A stretch of 64,000 nucleotides of DNA from Octopus vulgaris (taxonomy: Eukaryota), in the NCBI GenBank assembly GCA_951406725.2, contig OX597814.1:73470001-73534000 (forward strand), read 5' to 3'. Under the pieces are notes generated by a model. The model made no database searches and was not told where the DNA came from. It saw only the letters and a list, made by a program, of their open reading frames with translations. The position numbers and the translations under genes were made by a program. This document shows positions 1-12,087 of the stretch, in pieces (the stretch's first letter is position 1; each line of letters begins with the position of its first letter).

Positions 1-388
1 GGGTGGGGAAGTGTTTCTGTAGGAGAGTGAAGAAGATTTTAGCTACAGGTGTAGCGACCTCACGGTTGAAGGGGGGGGGTTGTACCAGCTAATGTGTCTT
101 CGTCTATTTTTCCTGGGTTGGCGTGGGGCTATACTAGTATAGGTAATCTTATCTTTAAAGCCACTGCGGGCCAGGGCCTCGTTGTAATAGGGGGCTGCGG
201 CCTTAAAGATATCTTCCGTGGCGGACAGGCTAGAAATTCTAATTGAGACACTTTTTACTAGGTTATCTAATATATTTTTGGGGTGGTTGGAATTAATATC
301 TATATATCTAAGGGATTCATTTGGTTTGTGGTACGGGTAATAGAGTGAGGTTTTTAAGTCGAGGGTGACGTCAAGGAAGTTAGCTTTT
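1..388 (-). mobile_element. Penelope-like element (PLE) fragment: RT C-terminal/thumb region, runs off the window
   Basis: ORF 43..453 contains ANFLDVTLDL...YPYHKPN...YIDINSNHPKNI...ISSLS...YNEALARSGF...WYNPP, typical of the PLE RT C-terminus; 5' truncation abuts (TA)n. Confidence 0.75.
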
Positions 389-420
389 GTTAATATATAT
401 ATATCTATATATATATATAT

Positions 421-676
421 ATAGGTCACAGATATGCGACGATTTCTGGACAATGGTCATCAGTAAAACTTATAGCAGTAATAAACGAGTGAAGAACGAA
501 TTTATAGTGCATGAGTATATTTGTGAAAAAAAAAAAAAAAAGAAAAAAGAACATCCCGAAATGCAACAATATCTGCTTCAGCACACGGTTTCACATAAAG
601 AATCTTGCAACACAAATTCATAAACATACACACACACGTATATATGTATATATATGTATATGTATATATATATCTA

Positions 677-755
<79 letters not shown>

Positions 756-1040
756 ATATATATATATATATATATCTATATATATATATATATATAGGTC
801 ACAGATATGCGACGATTTCTGGACAATGGTCATCAGTAAAACCTATAGCAGTAATAAACGAGTGAAGAACGAATTTATAGTGCATGAGTATATTTGTGAA
901 AAAAAAAAAAAAAGAAAAAAGAACATCCCGAAATGCAACAATATCTGCTTCAGCACACGGTTTCACATAAAGAATCTTGCAACACAAATTCATAAACATA
1001 CACACACACGTATATATGTATATATATGTATATGTATATA

Positions 1041-1135
<95 letters not shown>

Positions 1136-1146
1136 ATATATATATA

Positions 1147-1166
<20 letters not shown>
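421..1166. repeat. Direct tandem duplication, 373-bp unit (about 220 bp unique sequence plus TA/TATC microsatellite)
   Basis: ataggtcacagatatgcgacg... starts at 421 and again at 794; the unique parts are nearly identical. Confidence 0.95.
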
Positions 1167-1223
<57 letters not shown>

Positions 1224-1234
1224 ATATATCTATA

Positions 1235-1330
<96 letters not shown>

Positions 1331-1490
1331 TTTGAGTAGTTGAATGAATTATCTTATTAAGGATAATTCGAATTAACCGATACCTGGGTAGCAAATTCAC
1401 ATCAGAAAAAACGGTTGAAGTTACGTGCCTAGGGCATAGATTACGTGCTTTCGTGTGGAAATTTGTATGTTTATCTTAAAAATATAGATA

Positions 1491-1647
1491 TATGAAAGAA
1501 TGGAGCTGAACGACAAATTAACAAATTTCCTTTATTTTCGACATATGTTTCGAAGGCTGCATATTCCTAATTGCGAAGGAATATGCAGCCTTCGAAACAT
1601 ATGTCGAAAATAAAGGAATTTTGTTAATTCGTCGTTCAGCTCCATTC

Positions 1648-1654
<7 letters not shown>
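1491..1654. repeat. Fold-back inverted repeat (about 78-bp arms, 8-nt loop)
   Basis: tatgaaagaatggagctgaacgac...gctgcatattcct / aattgcga / aggaatatgcagc...gtcgttcagctccattctttcata. Confidence 0.95.
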
Positions 1655-1741
<87 letters not shown>

Positions 1742-2295
1742 GCACACACACACACACATATATATATGTTTATATATATATATATGTATACATGCATATG
1801 TGTATGTGCGTGTGTGCATATGTGCAAATTTAAATAAGCTCTCTCCGTGTATTAGGACCTTATGTAAGTCTATATCATTATTACACACACAAACACACAC
1901 GCACATATGCATACTCATATAATCACGCATACATATGCACATATATACATACGGACACACTTATAAAAACCCAAATATATTAATACTTTTGAGCCTCATG
2001 TATACTAATTTTTTCACATGCTCTACTGTATTACATAAGTATAGGATATACATATATCATATATAGATGTTTTCCGTTGTGCGTAATGGCAACATCAGCG
2101 ATGTGATAGTAGCGATGCTAAAACGAAATAGTGACTGCTTCAAAAACAAGTAAATTATCAGTCATACATATTTTGATAGAACAGATAATTGTCGTTAAGA
2201 TTAAATGAATTCAGAATATGCTTCAGAAATATGTTAATGAAATGTGTCCTTATATAGCAGAAAACTATCTTTTATCTTTTATCTTTTATCTTCTA

Positions 2296-3415
2296 TTAGG
2301 TTGTCCGGAAAGTTCTGAGCCCTTTTAAGCTAAATCATTTAACATTTCATTGAACACACTTGAAACGTAACACAGTTAAAACTTTGGCGTTGTTTGAAGT
2401 GGTAGTGTATCTCTTCTAAAATAAATTTACCTTTTATTCCGGTTCCCCTTTGTTGACATTTGAAATGGATAATCAAAGATTTCATATTCGCGTTGTAATG
2501 TTTTTCTTTTTTAAAAAAAGGAGAAAATTCTGCAAAGACTCGCAAAAACATTTGTGAAGTTTATGGTGATCATGCTGTAGGCGAATCAACTGTTGTTTGA
2601 AGGTGGCTTGCAAAATTTAAAGCTGGAGAGTTTAGCTTGGAAAATGACAGTCGCAGTGGAAGACCTTCAAAATTGAATGAAGATGTTTTGAAGGCAAAAA
2701 TCGAAAACTCAAATATCACGACTTGCAGAGGAGTTGGAAGTTTCTAAAAGTATGGCTCATGAATACCTGGTGAAGCTATGATACATTTCTCGCTATAATT
2801 TATGGTTCCCCCACAAACTCTTAGAAAAGAATTGCTTGGATCGGTATTTCGTTTGTGATATGCTTTTGAAATGGAATGAAAGTATGCCCGTTTTGAAACA
2901 ACTTGTAACTGGATATGAAAAATGGATTGTGTACGAAAAAAGATCCTGGAGTTTGCGTAAGGGTCCCCCAAAACAGTAACCAAAGACGAATATCTATGCC
3001 AAGAAAGCTATACTTTGTGTTTGGTGGGAAAATAAGAGCATTATTTATTATGAACTTCTACAAAACCAGACCATTAATCGTGATGTATACTGTCGCCAGC
3101 TGTCTAGTTTGAACCAAAAAATACAAGAATTTGTGCCGGAGATTGCCAAGAGGAAAGGGGTAGTGTTCCAACAAGACAATGCCCGACCACATGTGTCTTT
3201 GGCTCTCCGAACAAAGTTACACGGATTTGGTTGGGATCTCCTACCCAATTCAACATATTCTCCTGATATTGCGCCATCTGGCTAAAACTCATTTTTTCTC
3301 TCTACAGAACTCATTGCAAAGAAAAAAAATTAATGTTTCAGATGGAGTCAAAGCATTTTTCTTCAAAACCAGTCAAATTTTATGCTGATGGAATATTTAA
3401 ATTGCCTGATAGGTC
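2296..3415 (+). mobile_element. mariner transposon, decayed: 5' TIR and transposase; its 3' TIR lies at about 6854-6880
   Basis: TA followed by ttaggttgtccggaaagttctgag; ATG at 2465; frameshifted motifs RSGRP, WFPHKL, QQDNARPH, YSPDIAPS. Confidence 0.9.
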
Positions 3416-3443
3416 ATTAAATTGCAAAGATCCTTAATAATAA

Positions 3444-3517
3444 TACTTTGCACAAGGTTTGAAATTCTGGAGGAGGGGACCAGTCGGTTACAACGACATC
3501 AGTATTATACTAGTACT
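3444..3517 (-). mobile_element. SINE family B, 3' fragment
   Basis: Resembles the tails of the copies at 16290-16470 and 49287-49518. Confidence 0.5.
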
Positions 3518-3619
3518 GTATGTAGAATATTTATGTTCAAGGCAAATAATATTATAATATAATGGTACATAATATATTTATGTTAAAGGAATACTCATTT
3601 TATTTTTGATATGCTCAGC

Positions 3620-6600
3620 TCAGAAATGTTTGAGACACTTGCGTTTACGATTATGTGTCGTGCTGGTCTCCCGTTGTAGGAACCAGCAGTAGTCACCAAT
3701 CATGTGTGGATTGAACCGGCCTTGACACCTCGTTTCCATCTCAGATATGTTTCACCATGCTCATCATTAACGGCACCAAGATTCATCGGAAAAAAAAATC
3801 AAGATGAGAATGCAAGAAGTGCATTTTAAGGGACATTCGGCATCCCATTCTTTCAAACGCTGTTAGCACGTTGTTTATTAAATCAGCATAGTTTTCAGCT
3901 TTATGATTCCCCAAAAAGTTCTGTACAACTAATACGAATGAATCCCATGTCGTCAGCTCAACTGGATTCAGTTTACCTCTGAATTTGTCGTCAAGTTTGA
4001 AATTTGTAGAAAAGGAAAAATATTTTATAAATACAAGGAATAGTTTTATTCATCAAAGTATGCACCTATATTGTCAATACACTTTTACCATTTCAGCGGC
4101 AGCTTGTCCAGCCCGGAACTGTAAAAGCCTGACACTCTAGAGTCAATAAAATCTTGGAAGGCCTGTTTTACAGCATCGTCAGAATTAAATATTTTTCCTA
4201 TCAAAAAGCTACCCAAATTCTGGAAGAAGTGGTAGTCAGTGGGGGCAAGATTGAGTATGGTGGATGATGGAATCCAACTCCAACTTCAACTCTTGTAGTT
4301 TCGCCAATGTCATTATTGCGATGTGCGGTCTGGCGTTCACTTGCACTTAAATAGGAGTGAATCTGTTGACTAATCTAGGTTGTTTTTTTTTTGTAAGTCT
4401 CTGCATCATTTGGTCCAGTTGGCTGCAGTATACTTCGGCTGTGATTGATGAGCCAGGTTTAATGAAATTATAATGGATCACACCTGCGCCAGACCACCAA
4501 ATATGCACCATCAGCTTCTTTTGATGAATTTTGCTTTTTGGATTGTGTTTTGGTGGCTCGTTTTAGTCCAACCATTGGGCTGAACGTTTAAGGTTGTTGT
4601 ATTGGATACATTTCTCATCACATGTTGCAATTCAGTTCAAAACCGATGCATTTTTGTGTTTTTGTGACGAGAAAGTAGCATAATGCAGGCTTCCAAACGT
4701 TGCTGCTTCTGATTTTCATTGAGTTCATGTGGAACCCACTTATCCAACTTTTTCACTTTACCGACTTGAACTAGGTGAGTCAATATTGTTTTCTTGCTAA
4801 CACCAAACAACAACGATAATTCACGGGTAACTTGAGATGGATCTGACTGGACGGTGGCTTTCAGTTCGTCTTTATCCACCTTTGTTTCTGGTCGACCGCG
4901 TTGCTCATTTGTGAGGTCAAAGTTACCAGAACGAAATTTTGCAAATCATTTTGATACTGTCTGCTGTGCAATAACATTAGAAGGAAATATTTCATTAATA
5001 TTCCGAGCTGTCTGTGATGCTGTATTTCCAAGAAAGAACTCATATTTCAAAGCTGTACGAATTTCCGATTTATCCATGTCTTAACAAAAATAACAAAAAA
5101 CGATTTATAAATAGTTTATAAAGCTCAAAATGAATTAGAATAAAGAAACAGATGAGTCAGATTTCTACTAAAAATAAAGATTGTTAAAATATAATAATGG
5201 CGCAAAATGAGCAGCTGTCAAAGTTTACCTTACTACAAATTTCATACTTGACGATTTATGCATAAATCTAGAGATTTAGGCATAAATTTCTCTAAATCTA
5301 GGGTCCAATGAAAATGTCTGCTTTCAGTTTTGTGCCACTTTTCTCTGCACCAAATTTTACTTTTAGGTACTGAAAGCCACAACCAACGTGTCATTGCTTT
5401 TACGAAGTTTTTCATGAGGCCGAGTTTGATGTGAATGGGTGGAAGGAAGATTTTTTTGTGAGTCTACCGGTGGCATATGCTGCACATTGTACCGATCAAC
5501 TATGCGCTCATCTCTTTTAGGCCAGCCTTTTACAGTTTAATGATTACTGTCGTCGTGGCTGTTCCAAACATACAAGAAGCACATATCTTAGGTATATCCC
5601 AGCTACAGTCCCAGGACAAGGGAAATCACCTTTAAATCACCACAAATATTCCACTTATGAACTGAGTAATTAACTCCTTTCAGAATGAGTTCCATCGATT
5701 CATAAGTTTCTTCCATACCGACAACACGACCCACAGGAATGAAAGGCTTTTCATTACCATTATGTAACAACACAGCTTTGAGGCTAACCTTACTCGGGTC
5801 TATAAACAATCTCCTTTCGTTAGCCACATACACGTGTCCTAGTTTTTGTATGAGTGCATTAATGTTGGTACAGAAACAAGCATTACTTTCTTGCTTGAAA
5901 AAGACAGATAAGCCTTCATAGCGAGAGTAGAAAATCGAAATGTTCGTACCTTGCTCTAGGAGATTCCGTTGCTGTAGTCTCGATCCCAAAACTTCTACCT
6001 TCTCCTTTGACAATGCTTGGAGGTTCATCGTGCGACGCGTCAAGGTATGCAAATGAATCATGTGAGAGGGGAATTGGGACAGGGTCCTCGAAGTCATGTG
6101 GGACTGGTTTTCTGCATGCACAATTTTTGCTTTGGTTTTCCTTGACAAACCACTAATATTGGTCATGCAAAAGTAACAGTCAGAGACACGATTGGTTGGC
6201 TCACGCCATACCATTCAGCCACTGTGTAAGCGCTGAGTAACACACGGTGCAGCATATATAAGGTGCCCACCTCTTGTTTTGGTCCCCAAATTTACACCCG
6301 AAATATTTATAAGCAGCTTTTAGCTTGGTGGCAATGTTCTCCCGCTAGTCACGCGAAGCAAATTTTCCACAGACATAACAAAACTTGTCTGCGGGATTCA
6401 CACAACCTTTCCTATTCATGATCTAATACAATGAACACAGTTAAAACAGTAATGACGCAGAGCGAGAGATACAAATACCACTCATGACGACTGCGCGAAC
6501 GACACTGAGAGTTACCCAGAAGAAACTGACGTATTTGGCGCTTGCACACAATACATCAGCGTCATCTATTGCTAAATTAAATAATGATCTTTCTCATCGT

Positions 6601-6820
6601 TTGTTTTATTTCTGTTATTTCTTAAATATTGAATTAAGACTGCTTTTATTTTAGCAAATTTTATAATACTGCCTATATCTAGCCGAAAGTATAGTTATAA
6701 TATTGTACATCAAAATCCTGACGTGCTAGAACGATTCTGAGTGCGGATTCGGAATCAACATCCCCGATTTAGTCTAAAACACATGCTTTTACCCCAGTAG
6801 CAAAATCTTTGTTGTCCAGA
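3620..6820 (-). mobile_element. Tc1/mariner-related DNA transposon (TcMar-m44/HvSm-like, tentative), decayed and split by a mariner
   Basis: Motifs MVWREP..DCYFC, LFID.SK.SLKAVLLHNGN, WNICGDLKVI, NFLGNHKAENY, SLKMHFLHSHLDFF, DEHGE, DYCWFL. Confidence 0.8.
3988..5258 (-). mobile_element. Full-length decayed mariner (cecropia/Hsmar1-like)
   Basis: TIR pair tcgtcaagtttgaaatttgtag (3988) / ctacaaatttcatacttgacga (to 5254); ATG at 5077; motifs RGRP, KKLDKWVPHEL, APTDYHFF; stops and frameshifts. Confidence 0.92.
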
Positions 6821-6880
6821 TTATTTATATCTCTTTTTGCATATTAAAAAACACTCAGAACTTGGCGGACAACCTTAATA
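6821..6880 (+). mobile_element. 3' terminus and TIR of the mariner starting at 2296
   Basis: ctcagaacttggcggacaaccttaata approximates the reverse complement of tattaggttgtccggaaagttctgag. Confidence 0.75.
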
Positions 6881-6884
6881 GTTG

Positions 6885-7115
6885 AGCATTGGTGAGGGAC
6901 TGATACATACACAAAGGCGTGCGCGGGCACACACAGATATGAACGCACTTATACGACGGGCCTCTTTCAGTTTCCGTCTACCAAATTCTCTCACTAGGAC
7001 TTGGTCAGACCGAGGCTATAGAAGACATCTGCCCCAGGTGCCATGCAGTGGTACTGAACCCGGAAACATGTAGTTGGGAAACAAACTTCTTACCACACAG
7101 CTATGCCTGCTCCTA
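6885..7115 (-). mobile_element. tRNA-derived SINE, family A (CORE-like)
   Basis: Minus-strand head tagctgtgtggtaaga...gggttcagtacc (A and B boxes); same family as 48656. Confidence 0.85.
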
Positions 7116-7387
7116 TCTCTAAATTGTAAGGAATACAATTTTCCCCTTATGCAGCATTATTTAAATTGTCAGTAAATGGAAGATAAACAGAAACTAAAGT
7201 ATAATTTGAAACCTTTTTGGTACAGTCGGAATCTCCGATGTACAAATACCTTTTCAAAATAAATAAATGTATTACATTAGACGTACACTCATATCATGTG
7301 CATGTATGTGTGTGTGTGTATGTGCGTGCGTATCAGTTCATATTTTTATTTAATTTATTTATTTTTATTTATTCATAACACAAGTAT

Positions 7388-7735
7388 CATGACCATGTAG
7401 TTTTAGGATCAGTTCTATTGCGTGGCACTTTGAGCAAGTGACTTCTACTATAGCCCTAGGTTGACCAATATTTTCTTAGTGAATTTGGTAGATGGAAACT
7501 GTGTGGAAGCTTGTCGTACATATATACACACGTGTGTGTGTGTCTTTGTGACTGTGTTTGTCCCACCACCACTTCACTACCGTAACTTAGCGTTTCGTCA
7601 CAGAGGCCGATGGGATAAGTACTGGACTTAAAAAGAAAAATAAATTCTTGACCGATTTCTCGGCTAAAACCTTTCAAAGCGTTGCCCCATAATCATCGAA
7701 GTTCAATGACTGGAATAAGTAAAAGAAAATAAGAC
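7388..7735 (+). mobile_element. SINE family A, diverged
   Basis: gcgtggcactttgagcaagtgacttctactatagcc...gaatttggtagatggaaactg. Confidence 0.75.
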
Positions 7736-8909
7736 TGGAAAATGCTGTGGTTATTTCTTTCAGTCCCACGAAGCAAGGTTTATATCCAAATAAGAAAAAT
7801 CAGTTGTCACAGCATTGTGGCAACAATATGAGTGTTTAGTTACTGGCAGAACAACTTGTGTCTATTTGATGACATCTTAATGACAAACAATGTGTTCGTG
7901 ACTTTTCATATAGTTAGTGACCAACAACTTCGTCAGATAGTACTAAGTAAATAATTAATTACACAGACGCTAGTCTGTATATAAATATACTCTCCTCAGA
8001 TATAGGTATCAGTGTTAATGAGTTTTGGTGTCCATAAACTTTCTGTAACTGTTTCATTTCTTTCATAGGCAGGAATCTTGAAGTTCTTAAGTGAAAGTGA
8101 AATGGGAAGCTCTGATGTTCAATTCTGTGCCAAATGTATAAATTGAAATTGATATAAAGACAAAACATTTCTACTTGAGAAACTGAATATAATTAAATGA
8201 GACGCAACACAGTTGTACAATACAAGGTCAATTAAAAATACATTAATTTTTATTTGCAATGAGAAAGATTTAGAATTTGCTATGTCCATGCCTTTCTCTG
8301 TCCATTAGCTGCAAAAGTTAAAAGGAAGTGTAACGGTGTTGTATGAAAACTGAATCCAGAATCTAGACTCTATTTAACGAGATTGCGACCAAGCAAAATA
8401 TTATTTCTTAAAACTGCAGACTATGGAAACGAGATTATTTGACTTTCATTCCACTTTCACAAGATTAAACGATGCGAGGGAATAAAACGGAAACTCAAAA
8501 CCGAGTCGAGGACAGCAGTATATGGTAAAAGTACAACTACAAGAACTTAACACTAATAAAATGAACGAATACGTTTACATTTTTCATTTGTTATAACATA
8601 TACCGTTTCATTATCTTCAAGTAGGAAGAAGTATTCGTATATATCTTCACGACACAAGCTACGGGCACGATGAAATGAATTCCTGCCCGACAAAATGTGT
8701 TGATAATACTTCGAATCTTTGCTTTTTACTCCACTTCAAATTATACCTTCAGAACGTCTCAGAAAGAGTTAGAAAGAGTGAGGAATTCTTGAATATCAGG
8801 TGTCCAAATGTAACTGAGATAAGTTTCTAAAGCAGTGCCTCCTGCTTTACGTATACGCCATATTAACCTTAGTGCAGCAATTGCTTTCAGTGATAAAAGA
8901 GAGAGTGAA

Positions 8910-8910
<1 letters not shown>

Positions 8911-8940
<30 letters not shown>

Positions 8941-9100
8941 TGTATGTATGTATGTATGTATGTATGTATGCGTGTGTGTGTGTATGTATGTATGTATGTA
9001 TGTATGTATGTATGTATGTATGTATGTATGTATGCATGTATGTATGTATGTATGTATGTATGTATGCGTGTATGTATGTATGTATGTATGTATGTACGTA
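8911..9100. repeat. (TATG)n microsatellite
   Basis: Directly visible. Confidence 0.98.
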
Positions 9101-9950
9101 CGTGGTCTGATCAATAAGTATCCGGCCGGGTTGTTGCCATAGTAACAGCGGAAGTCGCTTGGCACAGGTTGACCTTGAATTCTGCTGTGTATGCGCATTA
9201 AATTTGAACGTTCTAGCTCACTTCTGCTGTTTACAGCAGTGCTTGGAAGTAACATGTTCGTCGCATTGATCACGACAGAGAAAGTTGACCGGAGAGTCTG
9301 CATCAAATTTTGCCAAAATCTTGGCGATACCTGCTCAAAGGCCTACGCAATGTTTTAAAAAGGCTTTCATCGTTCCCGACACAATCAAGGAAATTTTGTG
9401 CAACTGAAACCCGAGTGTCCTTTTGGTCAGCTGAAAGCGGTTTTGGCACAAACTTAGCAGACACGCGTTGTCTCATACCCAGTGATAATGGACTGAACTG
9501 AACCTTAACTAATCTGCACATCCTCCGATAACTCATGGATAGTGATTCGAAGGTTTCCCCTCACAGCTGCATACACATCTGCAATGTTTTTTTCAGTTCT
9601 GCTGGTTGCGAGTTCCCCAGAACGTTCGTCACTATCGACTTTTCTCGGCCATCTTGGAAACGTCTGAACCACTTGTACACTTGTGTGCGGCTTATACACT
9701 CCTCTCCATATACTTTCTGCAACTTTGCGTAGGCCTCTGTACAGGTCTCGCCGTGACAACTTTCTGTGTCATGGTCAATGCGACGATCACACGTTACTTC
9801 GAAGCACTGCTGTAAACAGCGGAAGTGAGCTAAGAACGTTAAAACTTAGTGCTCAGATACAGCAAGGTCAATCTGTGGAAGCGGCTTCACTCTGCATGCT
9901 TTAGCTTCGTGGCTGTGCCAGCAGTGCGGATACTTATTGATCAGACCTCG
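9101..9950 (-). mobile_element. mariner-derived non-autonomous element with long (about 240 bp) inverted ends
   Basis: TA-cgtggtctgatcaataagtatccg ... cggatacttattgatcagacctcg-TA; minus-strand transposase N-terminus (VYGEECISRTQVYKWFRRF, RRVSAKFVP). Confidence 0.9.
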
Positions 9951-9974
9951 TACAACTTTCCAACGCTATTGAAC

Positions 9975-10810
9975 AGTTAGATAGAATATTCTTTAGTATG
10001 CCAACTTTTCCGCATTTCCATTTGTCGTCATTCGCTATATTCCATCTCAGTGGTTGCATGGAGATGGTAATACATCATAGGTGGCTTGAAAAAGGAAACT
10101 CAACCGTGATGTGCTCCAACCTACCTTCCTTTCAGTAATTTTTTCTTCGCACTTCCTCATCTGACCTTGCTGATCATCGAGTTAAATGCAATTCCCTTTT
10201 CCCGGCTTCTCTCACTTTAACATAGTTACTAACGGTGGCTCTACGCTCCCTCTGTGTCATTGTCGAAAATGTTTAAAATTGATTGCAACCAATCTCCTTC
10301 CGGTCACTTTGAATTGCGCCCACTGTATCTCGTTGTTCCAGGTATGTTTTTGTCATTAGTTTCTTTTTCTGCGCTCCATTTTCATGCAGTTTTGACATCT
10401 GGACTCTATACTTTGATGACCGTTCGCACCTTTCCAGCTTTGTTAATTTTTAAAAGTAGATCATGTCATCTTCTGATGCAAACACTGCATGCTCCACTCT
10501 TGACAGTGCTACTTCATATATGAACAAGGGCCAAGCAATACGGGGATATATGCCAAACTGCAAGCACCAGATCTTATATTTGCCCGGTAGTTTTGACTTG
10601 TGGCTTTCAACCCATCTTCGGTTTTCGCCATGATCTCAACGCCCCTACCCTTATCAGAGAAGGAGTTAGTATACCATCGTCCTAATTTTTACAGGTTTGT
10701 CTTTAACCGTTGGCATGGTTTCTCCAGCTATTTTAAACCTTACTTGCTTCCGTCGGTCTTTGTTACAAAGTCAGACTGCGTGACTTATTTTCCTTAAATC
10801 GCATTGAAAA
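9975..10810 (-). mobile_element. HERO/NeSL-type RLE non-LTR retrotransposon fragment
   Basis: Minus-strand translation: LGRWY...DKGRG...PGKYKIWCLQFGIYPRIAWPLFIYEV, KWSAE. Confidence 0.7.
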
Positions 10811-10815
10811 CATGT

Positions 10816-11209
10816 GCTGATTTTCAAAACGGTAAAAGTGTAAACAACAAATTAAAAAGGGTGGCTTATTTTTTAAGTTCTTAATTTGTTGTTTACATTT
10901 TTACCGTTTTGAAAATCAGCAAACGCTTTCAACGGTTTTTCTTATAAGATTGACAGAGGTAGTTTACTTTAACCCTAGGCGTTAAGAGTCACTGATGAGG
11001 ATTAAGGTGGCCTACATCAAAATCCGAAATCACGATCCGACTATGTACGATAGGGACTAATCTCCCTTTGTCAATCAATAAGTTCAGTGCTTTGTGGCTT
11101 TTGAGTTATTTTAACTCATATTTTTAGTTAGTATCCTCTGTTACTTTTGTGACCTCTATTAATTTTGCCTTTAGGTTCTAATTGCTAATAAGCCACCCTT
11201 TTTAATTTG

Positions 11210-11212
<3 letters not shown>
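10816..11212 (+). mobile_element. Probable PLE terminal-repeat remnant with partial inverted duplication and a hammerhead-like motif
   Basis: Inverted repeats 10816-10855/10881-10920 and 10846-10870/11187-11211; CTGATGA-ggatt..aatcc-GAAA at 10992-11029; ends in (TA)n. Confidence 0.55.
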
Positions 11213-11276
<64 letters not shown>

Positions 11277-11333
11277 CACACAAAAGTAGATATATTTATA
11301 ATACATGTATACACACGCATACACATACATATA

Positions 11334-11375
<42 letters not shown>

Positions 11376-12087
11376 ACTTACTCTTTTTACTGACGTTCGA
11401 TTCAATCAAAAGCCATTGGCTGATCATAAGGGATCAACGATGCACTAGGGCCACATATTGTCATAACTCTGAAGGTAACTCTGTACAATTCTAAGATTTT
11501 TGGGTCTTATGTTAAGTGTGCATAATTTTTAAATGATAATTGGAGCAACACATATAATACTATTTAGTAGCGATTACTCTTGAAAACAGATCTGGAAATG
11601 ACCATTCCTTCGCGGTCATTTGTTATATCAATCAGCCAATATCGAAGAAAATAAGCATGGTTCATCAACAAAAACCAGAAAAATGAGCACTAGGCCCTTG
11701 TTTTAAGAGACTCAATGTAACCAATAAATTCTGAAACAGCATCTGAATCTCTCCCATACCTCATCCAACCGTGGTTTTTTTTTTTTTAAAAGGACACATT
11801 AAATAATATATTCCGGGGTACATTATCTGAGAAAAAAATGCTGGAATACTTTTTCTGATAGGATCTGTCAAGCAAGGCCAAGAGCAACAAAAACACAAGA
11901 ACTTCTATTAACATACTTACACCCAGCAGCACGTATCAGCACTCACGTATCAAATATTTCTAAAACCAAAAGCCGTACATAGATGACTGGAACACAGAAG
12001 GAAAGAGACGTGTTCCCTATCTAAACCCTATCTTTGAGCCTTCCGTTTATTTGGAATCATAAAATTAAAAGGAAAATAAAAAAATTA

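Noticed and set aside
511-1960. Long ORFs rich in YI, LSIY and CV (and similar MYVC, HTYI, poly-I/N/E/R ORFs across the window)
   Set aside because: Stop-free translations of microsatellites; no coding signal.
7959-8890. Possible minus-strand exons near 7960-8130 and 8745-8885
   Set aside because: No recognisable protein, stops in candidate frames and weak splice sites.
10600-10680. DKGRGVEIM, resembling the PLE RT 'DKG' motif
   Set aside because: Flanking motifs (LGRWY, PGKYK, PRIAWP..IYE) fit a HERO-type LINE better.
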